A stretch of 64,000 nt of DNA from Gekko japonicus. Taxonomy: Eukaryota. The stretch lies in NCBI RefSeq assembly GCF_001447785.1, contig NW_015160873.1:191315-255314 (forward strand), given 5' to 3'. Below, piece after piece: positions 14,001-26,090 of this stretch; the first letter of the stretch is position 1; every line of letters begins with the position of its first letter. The translations under genes were made by a program, and so were the position numbers. The notes beneath the pieces were generated by a model that did not search any database, was not told where the DNA came from, and saw only the letters and a program-made list of their open reading frames with translations.

Positions 14001-17000
14001 GTAGAAAAAGAGCTAGGGGAACTCATTAGCATAACTCTTTAGCATATGCCACACCCCCTGACATCAGGGGACCAGCGGTGGACCTGCAAGGCCAGCGGGA
14101 GTGCGAGGAACCCCCGCCAAGGCCCTCCCTGGCCCCAGGCAGGCAGGGGTGGGGAGAGGCGGGGAGGAAGCAACGTACCCTCCCTCTTCTCCTGCCTCCT
14201 CCTGGCTGAATGAGGGCTGGAAGCGGGGCGGCCGGAAGCAGGGGGCGGGGCTTCGTCATGTGCCCCGCCCCCTGCACCTCACCCGGGGGAACTGCGTTCC
14301 CCCCCGAAATGACCTCTGCATAAAATGCATGCTTCTTATGATATCAAGATTTACTTTCAACAAGGTATTTATTTCTGAAGATATGATAAGCATAAGGGTC
14401 AGGAAGCAATTTTTCTCCAGGCCCGTTTGGCCAGGGATCCTGGAGGCTTTTTGTTATCTTCTGGGACTGGAACAGAGGTCACTGGGGGCATGGGGGGGGA
14501 AGTATTTGTGAATTTCCTGCATTGTGCAGGGGGTTGCACTAGATGACCCTGGAGGTCCCTTCCAACTCTATGATTCTATGGGCTCAATAAGCATAGATAT
14601 TAATGCTACAGGCACTTTGTATCTGGCATAGTATTTTTTTTAAAATAACACTGATCAGTAGTCTTCAATCCATGGATCAAGAAGCCCCACCTGCTGGCTT
14701 GTGAGCCCTTACAGAGCAGCCATTTTGTCTTCTGCTGCTTTTTTGGAAGGGCCTGCTCCTAGTGCACATGTGTGGGGAGCAAGGGCACCATACATTCTTT
14801 TTGCCTGCACACAAGAACAGCAGGGCAGCAAGGACCAGCCTACCTAAGGGACCGCCTTACCCCACATGTTCCCCCAAGGGCACTACGGTCGGGGAGCCGG
14901 AGCCTATTGGAGGTACCGGGCCCCCGGTCCATCAAGTTGACTATGACCAAGAACAGGGCGTTTTCGGTGGCGGCTCCTATCTGGTGGAATGAGCTCCCGG
15001 AGGAGATCAGGGCTCTGCGGGACCTAGGACAGTTCCGCAGAGCCTGTAAGACGGAGCTCTTCTGCCAGACTTTTGAATAGGAGCCGCCGCCACCACTAGA
15101 CCACCAATGTATCAGCATACTATCAACGCCCGGGAGGACATCTGGATAATGGGCAAGACTGGGACGCTTAGAGGACCGCCATCTTGGTTTTAGCTAGATC
15201 TGTTTTAGATAGGTTATACACTATGATGTAATTTTAATATTTTGTATTTTTTCTACTGTTTTACTGTTTTATTAATTATATGTTGTTAGCCGCCCTGAGC
15301 CTCCGGGGAGGGCGGGGTATAAATACAAATAATAAATAAATAAATAAAGGAGAGGTCATTCAGCCACGGAGGGGATTCTCACAAGGCTCTGACTCTTGCC
15401 TTGTGTTTTCTGCTTCCAGCTCTTAACCTGCTGCCTACAGTCCTGGTCTTGATTCTGGGTCCCCTCCTCCTGACTTGTGATTCTGATATCACGTGACTTT
15501 TCATGTGCTTGCAGCTCCTTGGCCCCTGCTGCCACAGGTTTGGAAAGGCTGAACTTCACTGGACTAGATCATTAGCATTTTAAAACCAGTTCTTGCTCTC
15601 ATATCATGTGTCCAAACCAGCAACTGGACACATAATGAGCGACTGATACCTATGCAAGGTGGCAGCACAGCGCACACTTCATCCCAAAATCCTGTCACTG
15701 TTGAACATTCCATTTCATGGCTTTTGCACAAAACTCTACTAAGAGCTACAAACTTGCCTGCAATCCTTCAGTTTTTCTAACGTTGAACTGGCAGCAACTC
15801 ATCATTTTACACATCTTCCATTTTAAAAGTTTCTTGAAGCAGAAGCCTGGCTATTTAAAGTATCTCAAAAGATATCATAACCTCCCAGCGATAATCAGAA
15901 AGAATGAATTCTGAATTAAAACTAAAAATTTAGCAGTTCCAAATCAGGAAGGAAAAAAACCCAGCAGACCATGAGACCAGATGACTTACAAAAGTGGTTT
16001 CCAGGTCCTGGATAATGATGCCCTTTGTAGGCTGCCATTAAGCCTGGATTTATACCAATCTAGAAAACAAAACATCAATGAAATAATTGTGATTTTGAAC
16101 TGATGAAGAATATCACATGCCAAATAAATAAAAATCTACACAATAGCATATAACTATCCATGAACTCACTATAAGTTGCTAGTATAGAGGTGGGATATAG
16201 GTCTAAAACTTGAAATAAAACCTGGGAGACAGCACTGATTTTTTTAACAATAAATTTATGTGCAGATAGGAGGTCCACCCATAAGCCAATTCTTCTGAGT
16301 ATATTCTTTAAAGCAAGTCTTACTTAGATGTGAAGTCCACTGAAATCAGTGTGAAACTAATGAGACTGACAGGCTTACTTACACAAAGCACTACAGCAGT
16401 ACTAAAACCATGGATCAGACTACTATGCAGTTGTTGTAATTAATAATTTCTATTCCGCTCAGTTGCAACTTTTTGAAGAATGGCTAAAATTAGTCTCAGA
16501 ATTAGCACATGGTTAGTGCACCTCAGTAAGAGTTCCTGAAGGGAAACCACTGGAGAGAAATAGCCTTGGATTGATGTCCAGAGGGCTGGAAGTGTTACTC
16601 CTAGTCAAGGACAGAAGGCAAAAACACATTGCTCCTGGTGGATGGTAGAAGATGAGACTAGCAGGTAGGCATTCTTAGTGATGCTCTGGTGGCACCACTT
16701 CCCTGGTGAGTGATTCCAGCAGAGATGCCAGAGAAGAGAGGCCCACACCAGAGTAGACACTCACAGCTCTTTAGTGGTATCAGCAAACACTAAAAGATCC
16801 CTGCTCACAAGAAACTTGCTGCATCATGCTATTTTCTTTCCTCATCTTCTTGGAGAAAAAGCTTTTAATATGCCATTTTGTCTCTCCTAGCTGTCTGCAC
16901 AGAAACGGGTACACTTGCAGTTTCCTAGACTATAGACAATGACAGCATGCAGCAGCATCAGGAAGCTGCTCAGTTCCACCTGCTGCAGCACAGTAATGGT

Positions 17001-20000
17001 CATCACTACCTGCCCCCTCTTGGGAAGGGGGCAGAAGCAGCACTGGACTTTCCTCCCTCTCCGGCTTGCTGCTGCTATGTATGCCTGCCTGACCAGCATA
17101 TGCAGCAGTAGAACACCCACTTCACCCAGTTTTAGCAAACTTCAGCTAACAACTCTTAGCTGTTAGTCGAACACCTCCATATGGCTCACTATTTAACACT
17201 CCTACACACATTCCTGCCCCCAAGTGCACTTCCTTCAGAGCCCACCCTGCAGATGAATTGCCCTGTTGGGGGACCCTTCATGCATCTGACAAAGTGGCTC
17301 TAGTCCATCAAAGCTTGTGCCATAATAAACCTGACAAGTCTTATCAAAAGCAATAACAACTGTTGTGTACTTTAACCCAGATTGCCCTCTAGAATTTATC
17401 ACCAATATGCTAACTGAACTGGCTGGGGTGAGAGAGAAACAAAAGCTTTTTACAAGTGACTTACAATTACAATGTCCAGATTGAAAGTCAGTATGTCAGG
17501 CAGTGTTTTGGTCAACAATTCAGCTTCAGATACCCCATTAAAACGATCCACTTTCCTTTTGACTTTGAAAGTGTCTGTGATTTTCTCTTGCTTGCCTTTT
17601 GATTTGGCAGCTTTAGCAGCAGGCTTTTTGGGTTCAGTAGATTTATTTTTTCTCTTCCTTCCTTTTGTAGCAGCTGAAAAAGACACAAAGCTCATTATGT
17701 CCTTTTTAAACATCTGAGAGGGTTGCCGTGTTGGTCTGCAACTGAACGCTAGATTTGAGACCAGTAGCACCTCAGAGACTTTGAGAGTATAAACACTCAA
17801 GAGTCAACACTCCCTTTGTCAGGTCTGACTCAATCTAGATGGATTTGAATCTGCCTTTTTAAGAGTGAGACTGAAAATGTGAAACTTTAGCTTGCAATGA
17901 TATGCAACAATATGTTCAAACATGTCAGACTGCTATCAGCTAAACGTTGCCTTCCAAAGAATATTCTCAGCTTTCGAGGCCTCAAGCTTTTCCATCCTGT
18001 TACTGACCTTGTGTGAGGGTAATGCTTTTTATTGCATCTGACTCACATCACAAAATGGATCACTTGCTAATTCATGCCAGTTAAGTTTTTTTAAAGGCTT
18101 GAAGATGAGTTTCTAGCAGTCAGCCCAGTTGTGATACTACAGAAAATACATAAAAGAAAGTAACTTGAAAAATCCAATGTATACAACTTCAGCTCCATGC
18201 ACTGGTTTGGTTCAGTCATAACGGCAAGCCATATTTTCCCCACTATGTGAATGACCCTGAAGGATCCTTGGACTTGTACACTCCCTCTTTCCATCATACA
18301 CAGCAAGATAATCCATTATCATGAGTTCTTTCCACACTTACAGCTAACCATAGTTTGGTTTGAATTTGAACTATGATTTCAATTTGCCCTGTGATTTAGG
18401 ATTCCAAAATGGAAACCATCCCTAGTCCAGATAAACCAGCAAACTGTGCTTCACCACAAACCCAAGAGTACTGAATTTTGCCTATATAATAAAATGGGGC
18501 ATGGAATATAATGTATGCTTCACTGAGTTCTTTGTGTAAATGGCAGTATAAACGTGTGAGGGAGACAGAAGGGAAGAAGCAAGTGGGCAGGGACGTTGTG
18601 GAGCCAAAACATCTTCTAGGCTCATTCATATAGCCCCAATCATAGTTTGCTTTTGCATTTGTTCCCAGCCACTGTTTCTGCAAAGTACATTCACCCTCTA
18701 GCCACTAATCTGCAATTTAATTCAATCCAGTCAATGTTGTTCATTGCTATAAGTGTTATTTCAGTGACCAAAGAGGTGTCCCTTGCTGAAAAGGTGGAAA
18801 CAGACGTGCCTGTCCAGACATCCTTGGGAAAGCTGAAATGCTCCACAACATTTTGTTGCAGGTCCCCATTTGTACACACTTAATCAGAAAAACATGCAAA
18901 AAAAAGCAGTTCAATAAGAAGGACCACCTAGATGATCTTAGATCAATGCATCATACACACTGATGGCACAATTATGGGGTAAGTTAGGGGGGAAATCCAA
19001 ACAGTAATTCTTGTATACCGCAAAAAACATACAGCATTTGAAAATAATTTCCTTATACAATGCTGCTTGATCAAACTGCATACAATATAAGAAGAACTGC
19101 ATAAATATTATCTAATAAAGAAATGGACTCTTTCATAGCAAGTATTACTTGCAATGGGACAATATTTACATTAGTTATACCACCACGCTTAAGAACGCAG
19201 CCAATCTGTTGTTTTCAGAAATTCTAAAGGACACATTCCTGCGTAGAAATAAACTCTTTCAAGGATATGAGCAAGATAAATCATTGTTTCCGTATTTATA
19301 ATCCAATTAATTCAGATTAATGTGGATAAAATGATAGTTTTAAGATACCTTGAACAGGTTCCTGAACGCAGTTTGGATCCAAAACTTCCTGTAGAGCTTG
19401 CTCTTCATCCATCAGCTCCATGTTTGGAGATGCAGTCATCATTTCATGGAAAGGAAAAGGATAAAATGCTGGCTGAAGAGGAGTGTAGTATCTTTTTAAA
19501 AAGTGAAAAAATTTTATTACTTGAAGTTCTCTTGAATTTACAAACTATTTCCATAGTATGCCACATGCATTTGCAAGACTGATTTTGCTGAATTTCTGTG
19601 TGGCATATTCAGCAACACTAATTTATAGTTCTTCACACACACGTACATACGCCCCCTATCTTTATTCATACACTCATACTTCCATAAAAAAACAAGATGC
19701 CTATCAAAGATCACACAAAATGATTAATTTTTCTTTTTAAAGTGCATGGCTACAGCGGTCATAGGTCATCATTCCTGAATTCTACTTTTTAAATCAGAGG
19801 ACTGGTTATTCTGTACCAATTATTCTGGAGTAAGAGGCTGATTAAGTCAATTAATTCTTATGTACATAAAATCACACCAATCTGATTCAGGCACTTCAAA
19901 TCCTTATGGATGAAGCAGAGTAGAGGAAATAAAAGCACCAATTCATAGAACCTTTCATGCAAGGAATAGGGAAAAGATGAGTGAACATGCACTCATAAAA

Positions 20001-21866
20001 CTGCAGCACAGAAGCATGGATATTATGATTGTGTCTACAGGTACGTTCCAAAGAAAACATTTTAGAATGTCTAAACAGGGACACTGTTACAATGAAGAAC
20101 CCCTAGCCCACCCTCTTCCTTCCCCACTCTAGTCTCACAGACAGGTTAGAATTCCCATTTCATCAACAAGTGAATAATTGAGGATTCTAGTTCATCTTTA
20201 GCTTTGATATGTCAGTTTCCAAAGTGCAGGGCATGTTTAATTACATGGGTCCATACCTGCCAACTGAAGCAGTCCAGAAACCATCTCACAGATTGTGAGA
20301 CTCAGGCTTTGAGATTTTATTAACAAGATGTAATCTAACACTTAAAACCAGTCTGAAAGCCTTTTTGTGTTATACTGGTCAGATGAGGATCTGAGAGAAC
20401 CATGTTTAAATTCCCAACTCACTAGAGCTGCGTCCACATCAAGATTTTGCTCCAGTTTTGTGTCTAAACTAGAGAGGGTTTTGGAGCACCCACACAATAA
20501 CATCTCTTAACTAGCCACTTTCTGTATTTACCCCACTTTGCTGCAATCTTTCCCGAAACTGGTTTGGTCAGATATTTTGAGAAAGGTTCCAAAGTGTGTT
20601 TTTTCATGCTGCGGCTGCATGGGCAGGAAGGCATACATTTTTGCAGATCTTGCTCACATCAACACCATTTTCCTTGCCTCAGTCGCCCATGGCCACCATT
20701 CCACCCGCTCTCCAAAGAGCTTTCTCAGACTTATTTTTTTAAGGCTATTGATATCTAATTATAGCTTAAAATTAGAAACTGACATGTTGCAATGTCAGTT
20801 ACTGATTTTTTTTTTTAAAAAGAAGTCCTCCAGTGACATGGTTGGGGGAATGATGGCTGTGGGAGAACCAGGGCAAGGAAAATGTGAAGATGCTCTGTGC
20901 CACTGCTGATGCCTCTGCATTTGTAACAGAAGGAACAAAATCATTACTGTGTGGATACAGCCTGGGTAATCTTCAGCCAACCACACACACACACTCCATC
21001 TCTGAGCCTAACCTACCTCACAGGGTGGTTACAAGGATAAAATGGAGCAGGGGAGAAGAGTGTACACAACCCCAAGTTCCTTGAAGAAAAGGTGGGATAC
21101 AAATGCCCTTTATATATATATTTTTTTTCAATTAAATTTTTATTAATTTTACACGTATAATACAACATAAGTCAGGTTAACGATAGCCATATAAAGCATA
21201 AAGGAATAAACAACTGCATATGGAACAAGCAGAATATACGCCTAAGTAAGGATATATTCAGTCTAACAAGATTTTAATGCCCTTTATATTTAAGGCATTT
21301 ATCATCTACCTTTCCCTAAAAGACCCGTTGATAAACCTATGTGCATCACTATTCTGTATATATAACAATCACCATGCCAACTTAATGACGGGTGTAATTA
21401 TGTTCCCATAACTCTTAACAGTGCCATCCTAAGCAAATTCCCATAAGATATCCTACTCAATGGAACCTACTCCCAGGAAAGTGCTCGTAGGACTGTATTG
21501 CTCACGGAGCAAAATGGACGTTTTGCTTGCTTATGCTCTTCATGCATCTACAACCGGACACACATAAGAGAAGCGGTAGAACAAGCGGGCCCACTGCCTA
21601 ACAGCGCTTGCTACGATTCGCATCCAGACCCTAACCCATCCCCGGCTCGTGTCGTGCGGAGGCGCTCACAGCCACCCGGGCCTCTCAACACCAACCACCC
21701 AGCCGACTCAGGCCTCGGCCCTGCGCTGGGGCCGCCTGGAAGCTCTTTTGTGTGAGGCGGCGGCCGCCGATCCCCCTGCCAGAAGGGCGCCTGAGCGGCC
21801 CCCTCCCAGGGCCTGCTTCCCTCCCCCCTACCCAGAGACATACCTTCCGGGGCCGTCGGCTTCCAT
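11045..21866 (-). CDS. TDG: G/T mismatch-specific thymine DNA glycosylase, 398 aa, 10 coding exons
   Basis: Exons (-): 21844-21866 (MEADGPGR), 19349-19491, 17465-17673, 15990-16059 (IGINPG, catalytic Asn), 13835-13970, 13671-13753, 13487-13581, 12697-12868 (MPSSSAR, VQEV SIM), 12385-12513 (VKEE SUMO site), 11045-11181 (TAA). PIP-degron-like [13 protein letters not shown] present. Total 1197 nt, phases consistent. Confidence 0.97.
12160..12330. mobile_element. Penelope-like terminal fragment with internal inverted repeat
   Basis: CTGGGCATAAGCTTTTGAAAGTCAAACTCCCTTTG is mirrored by CAAAGGGAGCTTTGACTCTCAAAAGCTTATGCCCAG; a similar piece lies at 17720-17822. Confidence 0.5.
13120..13315 (-). mobile_element. 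5S rRNA-derived SINE
   Basis: Reverse copy of the family at 5378-5573. Confidence 0.65.
13988..14318. mobile_element. hAT-type MITE next to the TDG exon 5 acceptor
   Basis: TIRs CAGGGGTCATTTCG / CGAAATGACCTCTG (1 mismatch); perfect 8-bp TSD CATAAAAT (13980-13987, 14319-14326); second copy at 33063-33464. Confidence 0.9.
14396..14580 (+). mobile_element. CR1 LINE 3' end
   Basis: Canonical CR1 terminus CTAGATGACCCTGGAGGTCCCTTCCAACTCTATGATTCTATG. Confidence 0.8.
14830..15348 (+). mobile_element. L2-clade LINE 3' fragment
   Basis: ORF2 C-terminus YLRDRL...[19 protein letters not shown]...[10 protein letters not shown]; tail GCCGCCCTGAGCC...(AAAT)n. Confidence 0.8.
21116..21275 (-). mobile_element. 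Short poly(A)-tailed retroposon (L1-like 3' end)
   Basis: T-rich tail and TTTATT on +; 14-bp TSD AATGCCCTTTATAT (21102-21115, 21276-21289). Confidence 0.65.
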
Positions 21867-22850
21867 TCCCGAACGCCGGTGTGTGTGTGTGTCTCTCTCT
21901 CTCTCCTCACACCAAGTCCGGGAGGCCCTAACGGACTCCGCGCTGTGGCCCCGCCCACCCCAGGCCCCGGCTCCCCTCCCTCGCCTCCCCCCTCACCCCC
22001 CTCGCCTCCTCTCTTCCCCCCTCCCCCATACCTTCTGCCTCGCTCTCATTCACAGCGCTCCGCGGCCCGCTCAGGCTGGCAGCCGCACCAGGGGCACGTG
22101 GGCAAAGGCGCCCAATCAGAGTCGAGTGCTCGTCAAGCTTGGGAAACTGTGAACAGGCGAGACGCAGAGTGGCGCCTCCCTCCCTCCCGTACAGTGGGAT
22201 CCACAGAATACGCAGCCTTGGTCAAGACTCATATTCTCACCGTGTGTTAACACTCGTGTTTGCAACATATACAGACAAGCTGACACATGCTTTGGCAGCT
22301 AGGGAACCTTTAGCGCCGTGTGGAGAATGGCTTTCTGCAGGCCTGGCGTCGGAAAAATACGTCATACCGCTGCCACGTGACTGCCGGCGCGACGTGACTG
22401 CCGGGTCCCTTGACTGGGCACGGTTGGCCGTTAGCTGCCTAGAGGACCTCTTTTGGGAATCATTGGGGTGGATCTCTTTCTGTTGCCCACAACCGGCTTT
22501 GAGGATATATCGCTGGGAGCTGATGCAGGCAAGTGGGCATCGTAGGTTGTTATTGGCGACTATTCTTGCAGGAGGATGCAAAGAATTTCTCTGTGGTTCT
22601 AGGAGAAAGAAGTTAGTTTCCCTTTTGGAGTTGCAGAAGGACGTCCGGTACCCGACGGTTGCGTGTTGCAGTGGCTGTTAGGCAAGAGGTGCCTAGCCTG
22701 CCGTTTTTTGAGCTCTTGTTTAGGCACAAAAGTGCGTCTTCACTTACAGACTGCGGACGCCCTTCCCTTGTCTACAGCGGGTGTGATTAATAACTTATGA
22801 GCAGGTAGGACGTCGAAAAGTGGTGGTGGGAAGTGCCGTCACGTTGCGGG
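21600..22850. promoter_or_regulatory. CpG-island bidirectional promoter shared by TDG (-) and UQCC6 (+)
   Basis: CpG-dense stretch between divergent genes; E-boxes CACGTG at 22095-22100 and 22374-22379, CCAAT at 22112-22116, GC boxes, half-CRE near 22358. Confidence 0.8.
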
Positions 22851-23000
22851 GTTTTCAAGGCAAGAGACGATCAGAAGTGGTTTGCCATTGCCCGCCTCTG
22901 CCTAGCAGTCCTGGACTATCATCCAAATACTAAGCACTGGGTCGCTGCTGCTTAGCTTTCGAACTCTATTGGGCTGTTCTGAGGCGTGCAGGTTAGGGCA
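22820..23000 (-). mobile_element. 5S rRNA-derived SINE
   Basis: (GGT)n tail, GGTTTGCCATTGCC body, degenerate 5S head; lies upstream of the first UQCC6 coding exon. Confidence 0.6.
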
Positions 23001-23421
23001 CTCGGTGTGTAGTCTCATTCATTTCCAGTTCCAAACAAATAGGATCATAAATCTTAATTTCCTTGGTTCTACAATTCCTAGTCCTGCTCCTTTACCATCT
23101 GTTTTGGAGTGACTTTTAAGGAAAACCGTCTAGCCTGTCTTTAAAACGTGACAACAAATGCAGACTAAATCTTCAACAGCTAATGCGCTGTGCAAACAAT
23201 ATGTGTGCTTGTCAGAATGTTATGTTTACCCACTATTCCATGTCTTTGTGTTGGAGCACATTTGTGGAGCTGCTGGGTTTCCACTGCATTTTCCTCCAGA
23301 CTGTCCTAGGGCTTTGTTTCCCCTAGGACCTAGGTGGTCAGATGGACAGAAAATAATTTCTCAATTGTTTTCTTTTTTCTTCCTTTTTTACTTGAATTCC
23401 AGTTGCAGGCTTCTCTTTGCC

Positions 23422-25340
23422 ATGCCTGCAGGAGTGTCTTGGCCTCGCTACCTGAAAATGCTTAGCGCAAGTTTGTTGTCTATGTTTGCTGGAGCAGAAG
23501 TTGTCCATAGATATTACAGGCCTGATCTTGTAAGTATGTTTTCTCTTTTTAAGATATATGTTTACTTGGTTTAGAAGCTAGTCATTGCGACTTTTTAAAA
23601 AGGGAGTAGGTGACATGAAAAACTTAGATCTGAGAATCTGAGAGAGCAGCTGCCAGTCAGAGTAAACAATATCTGGTAGGCCAGTGGTCTGACTCAGTAA
23701 TCCTGGATGCACCACCCCGTGGATCATGACTAAATGTATATAGAGAAGGAGTGGAGGTGGGCTAACCCTGTGTCTATGTAATTGCCAGCTTGTGGGCACA
23801 GCACCTAATCATGGAGGATGTGTCTGCACATACACTCCTCCTCTACGATCAGAAGTGTTAAAAGCAATGTCCCCAGCTATTCCCTCAGTGGAATACCGAG
23901 TCAAGTTCAAGGTTTTGGTGTTGACCTTCAAGGCCTTGAGTGGTCTGAGGGACCATCTCCTCTGGTATGCCCCCAGGAGAGCTTTATGCTCTGCCAGTAG
24001 CAATCTGCTGATGATCCCTGGCCCCAAAGATGTCTGGTTGTCCTTGACCAGGGCCAGGTACTTTTTTTTCAGTCCTGGCCCCAACCTGGTGGAACTCTCT
24101 GCCTAATACCACCAGGGCCCTGTGGGATCTTATGAAATGCTGCAGGGTCTGCGAGGCAGAGATGTTCCACCAGGCTTTTGTTTGAGGACAGCAATGGTGT
24201 TCTGTTGTGGCTGGCACCCTCTTCCTCTCCCTTCTGTTAATTCTGATCTTGTGCTCCCTCTCCCCCGCCCAGAAACTGGCCAGGCAATCCAGAATCGGGA
24301 TGAAATTTTTAAGGACGCCATCTGGGACCTTTAATTTGGTTTTTAAAAATTGTTATTCTACTTTTATTTTGAATTCTCCTTCCTTGCATATTCAGTCAAC
24401 GCATGGAGAGGCTGTGTTTAGGGGACTAGTATGATACAGCTTTGTGTGTTCAAAATAAGAAGAAGAAGAGAAGAGATTGGATTTATATCCCGCCCTTCAC
24501 TACCCAAAGGTGTCTCAGAGCAGCTTACAAACTCCTTTCCCTTCCCCTCCCCACAACAGACACCCTGTGAGGTAGGTGGGGCTGAGAGAGCTCTTGACAG
24601 AAACTGCTCTTTTTCAAGAACAGCTGTGCCAGAGCTACGGCTTGCCCAAGGTCATCCAGCCAGGTGCAAGTGGAGGAGTGGGGAATCAAACCCGGTTCTC
24701 CCAGATTAGAGTCCGCGCACTTAACCACTACACCAAACATGGGACTATAGTGATACCATAGACTTGGATCCTGAACAGCATTTCTGCTGGCGCAAGGATG
24801 TCTGCTCTCATAGCGCAATGTTTTTATTCCCCCCTACCATGGTAACCCCAAATCCCCACCCCCCCCCCCCCCCGGGCAGGATGGGGGAAGGCAGTTGGGG
24901 CTGCTGCAAGAGGGAAAGAAAATCAGGCTCCAAGTCATTGTCATATTTGTACTGAAACTTGTTTTGGCTTTTAATCACATCATGCTTTAAGAGGACATAG
25001 AGAATGTGTCTTTTGGCATGGTTTCTCTTTTACGTAATTGTGCATAGAGCTGCATCTTTATCATTTATTTTGAGCATTCATGCCTCGCCTTGTGTGCCAC
25101 TATTGATTAAAGGTAAACTTTTCAAAAATACTGCTGGGAATGCCAAGGGGTGCAAAGCTGGCAGAAGTGGCTAGTTTCCCTTCAGATGCTTTAGTTGGTG
25201 GAAATAGATGTCAATATAACTGTTTTGTTTTGTTTTTTTTATAGACAATACCTGAAATTCCTCCGAAACCTGGAGAACTCAGAACAGAACTCTTAGGTCT
25301 TAAAAAAAGAAATGACAAAGTTCAGCCCTCACAACAGTGA
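23422..25340 (+). CDS. UQCC6: Ubiquinol-cytochrome c reductase complex assembly factor 6 (C12orf73/BRAWNIN), 67-aa mitochondrial micropeptide
   Basis: Exon 23422-23529 (MPAGVSWPRYLKMLSASLLSMFAGAEVVHRYYRPDL, GTAAGT donor) plus exon 25245-25340 (TIPEIPPKPGELRTELLGLKKRNDKVQPSQQ*). Recognisable C12orf73 sequence in its syntenic position between TDG and HSP90B1. Confidence 0.95.
23885..24360 (+). mobile_element. L2-clade LINE 3' fragment
   Basis: Degenerate ORF2 C-terminus VEYRVKFKVLVLTFKAL..LRDHL..YAPRRAL. Confidence 0.75.
24457..24738 (-). mobile_element. Squam3-type SINE
   Basis: (AGA)n tail, CCCACAACAGACACCCTGTGAGGTAGG core, GGGGAATCAAACCCGG...TAACCACTACACCAAAC tRNA head. Confidence 0.8.
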
Positions 25341-25864
25341 CCATGTCATCCCTCCACTAACTGCTCTGATATTATTTATGATTGAAATTTTAACTGGTAA
25401 CATATTCAAGTACACTTATTCTATATTGGGTGCCAGTTTTCCATGAAGGCCAAATTGCGACATCAGTCACCTTTTCAGCACAAAATAATCTGTTCCTGAC
25501 GCACTCTGTGTATAACTTCAACAGTGCTCTTGGAAATTGTGTGGCTGGTTTTCTTTACTCTCCTTAAAAGTGCCCTTTGCTGGATTGCATTGTGGGGGCT
25601 TCCTGTGGAATATTGCTGTAACGTGCCACAAATGCTGCTAACCCAGTCCAGCCTTTCAATGCTTGAGTTTGGGTGGGTGACTATGTGGGTACCGTGGGGT
25701 TTTTTCACCTTAAAAAAAGATAAAACTAGTCTGCAAAAAGGGCAATTCAGCATTCTTCTCAGTGGGTTGTTTCTTCTTGGCTAAGCTCCTGCCATATAAC
25801 CCTCAATCCATCTCTAAGGGTCTAAAATGTATAGAAAATTTAGTAGAAGTGCTTTACCACAGTA

Positions 25865-26090
25865 GAGGAAGAAGAGTTGGTTGCTCTTCAGTACCCGAAG
25901 GAGTCTCAGAGCAGCTTATAATCACCTTCCTTTCCTGTCCTTACAACAGACATCCTGTGAGGTAGGTTGGGCTGAGAGTTCTGAGAGAACTGTGGCTGGC
26001 CCAAAGTCACCCAGCTGGCTTCATGTGGGAAATCAAACCCAGTTCTCCAGATTAAGCGTCTGCTGGTCTTAACCACTACAGCCACACTGG
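25865..26090 (-). mobile_element. Squam3-type SINE
   Basis: Same family as 24457-24738. Confidence 0.7.

Noticed and set aside
21498-22681. Several 85-180 aa Pro/Arg/Gly-rich ORFs
   Set aside because: Expected by-product of a stop-poor CpG island; no recognisable domains.
23158-23421. Long N-terminal extension of UQCC6 in the ORF track
   Set aside because: Crosses a polypyrimidine tract and splice acceptor; the conserved start is MPAGVSW at 23422.
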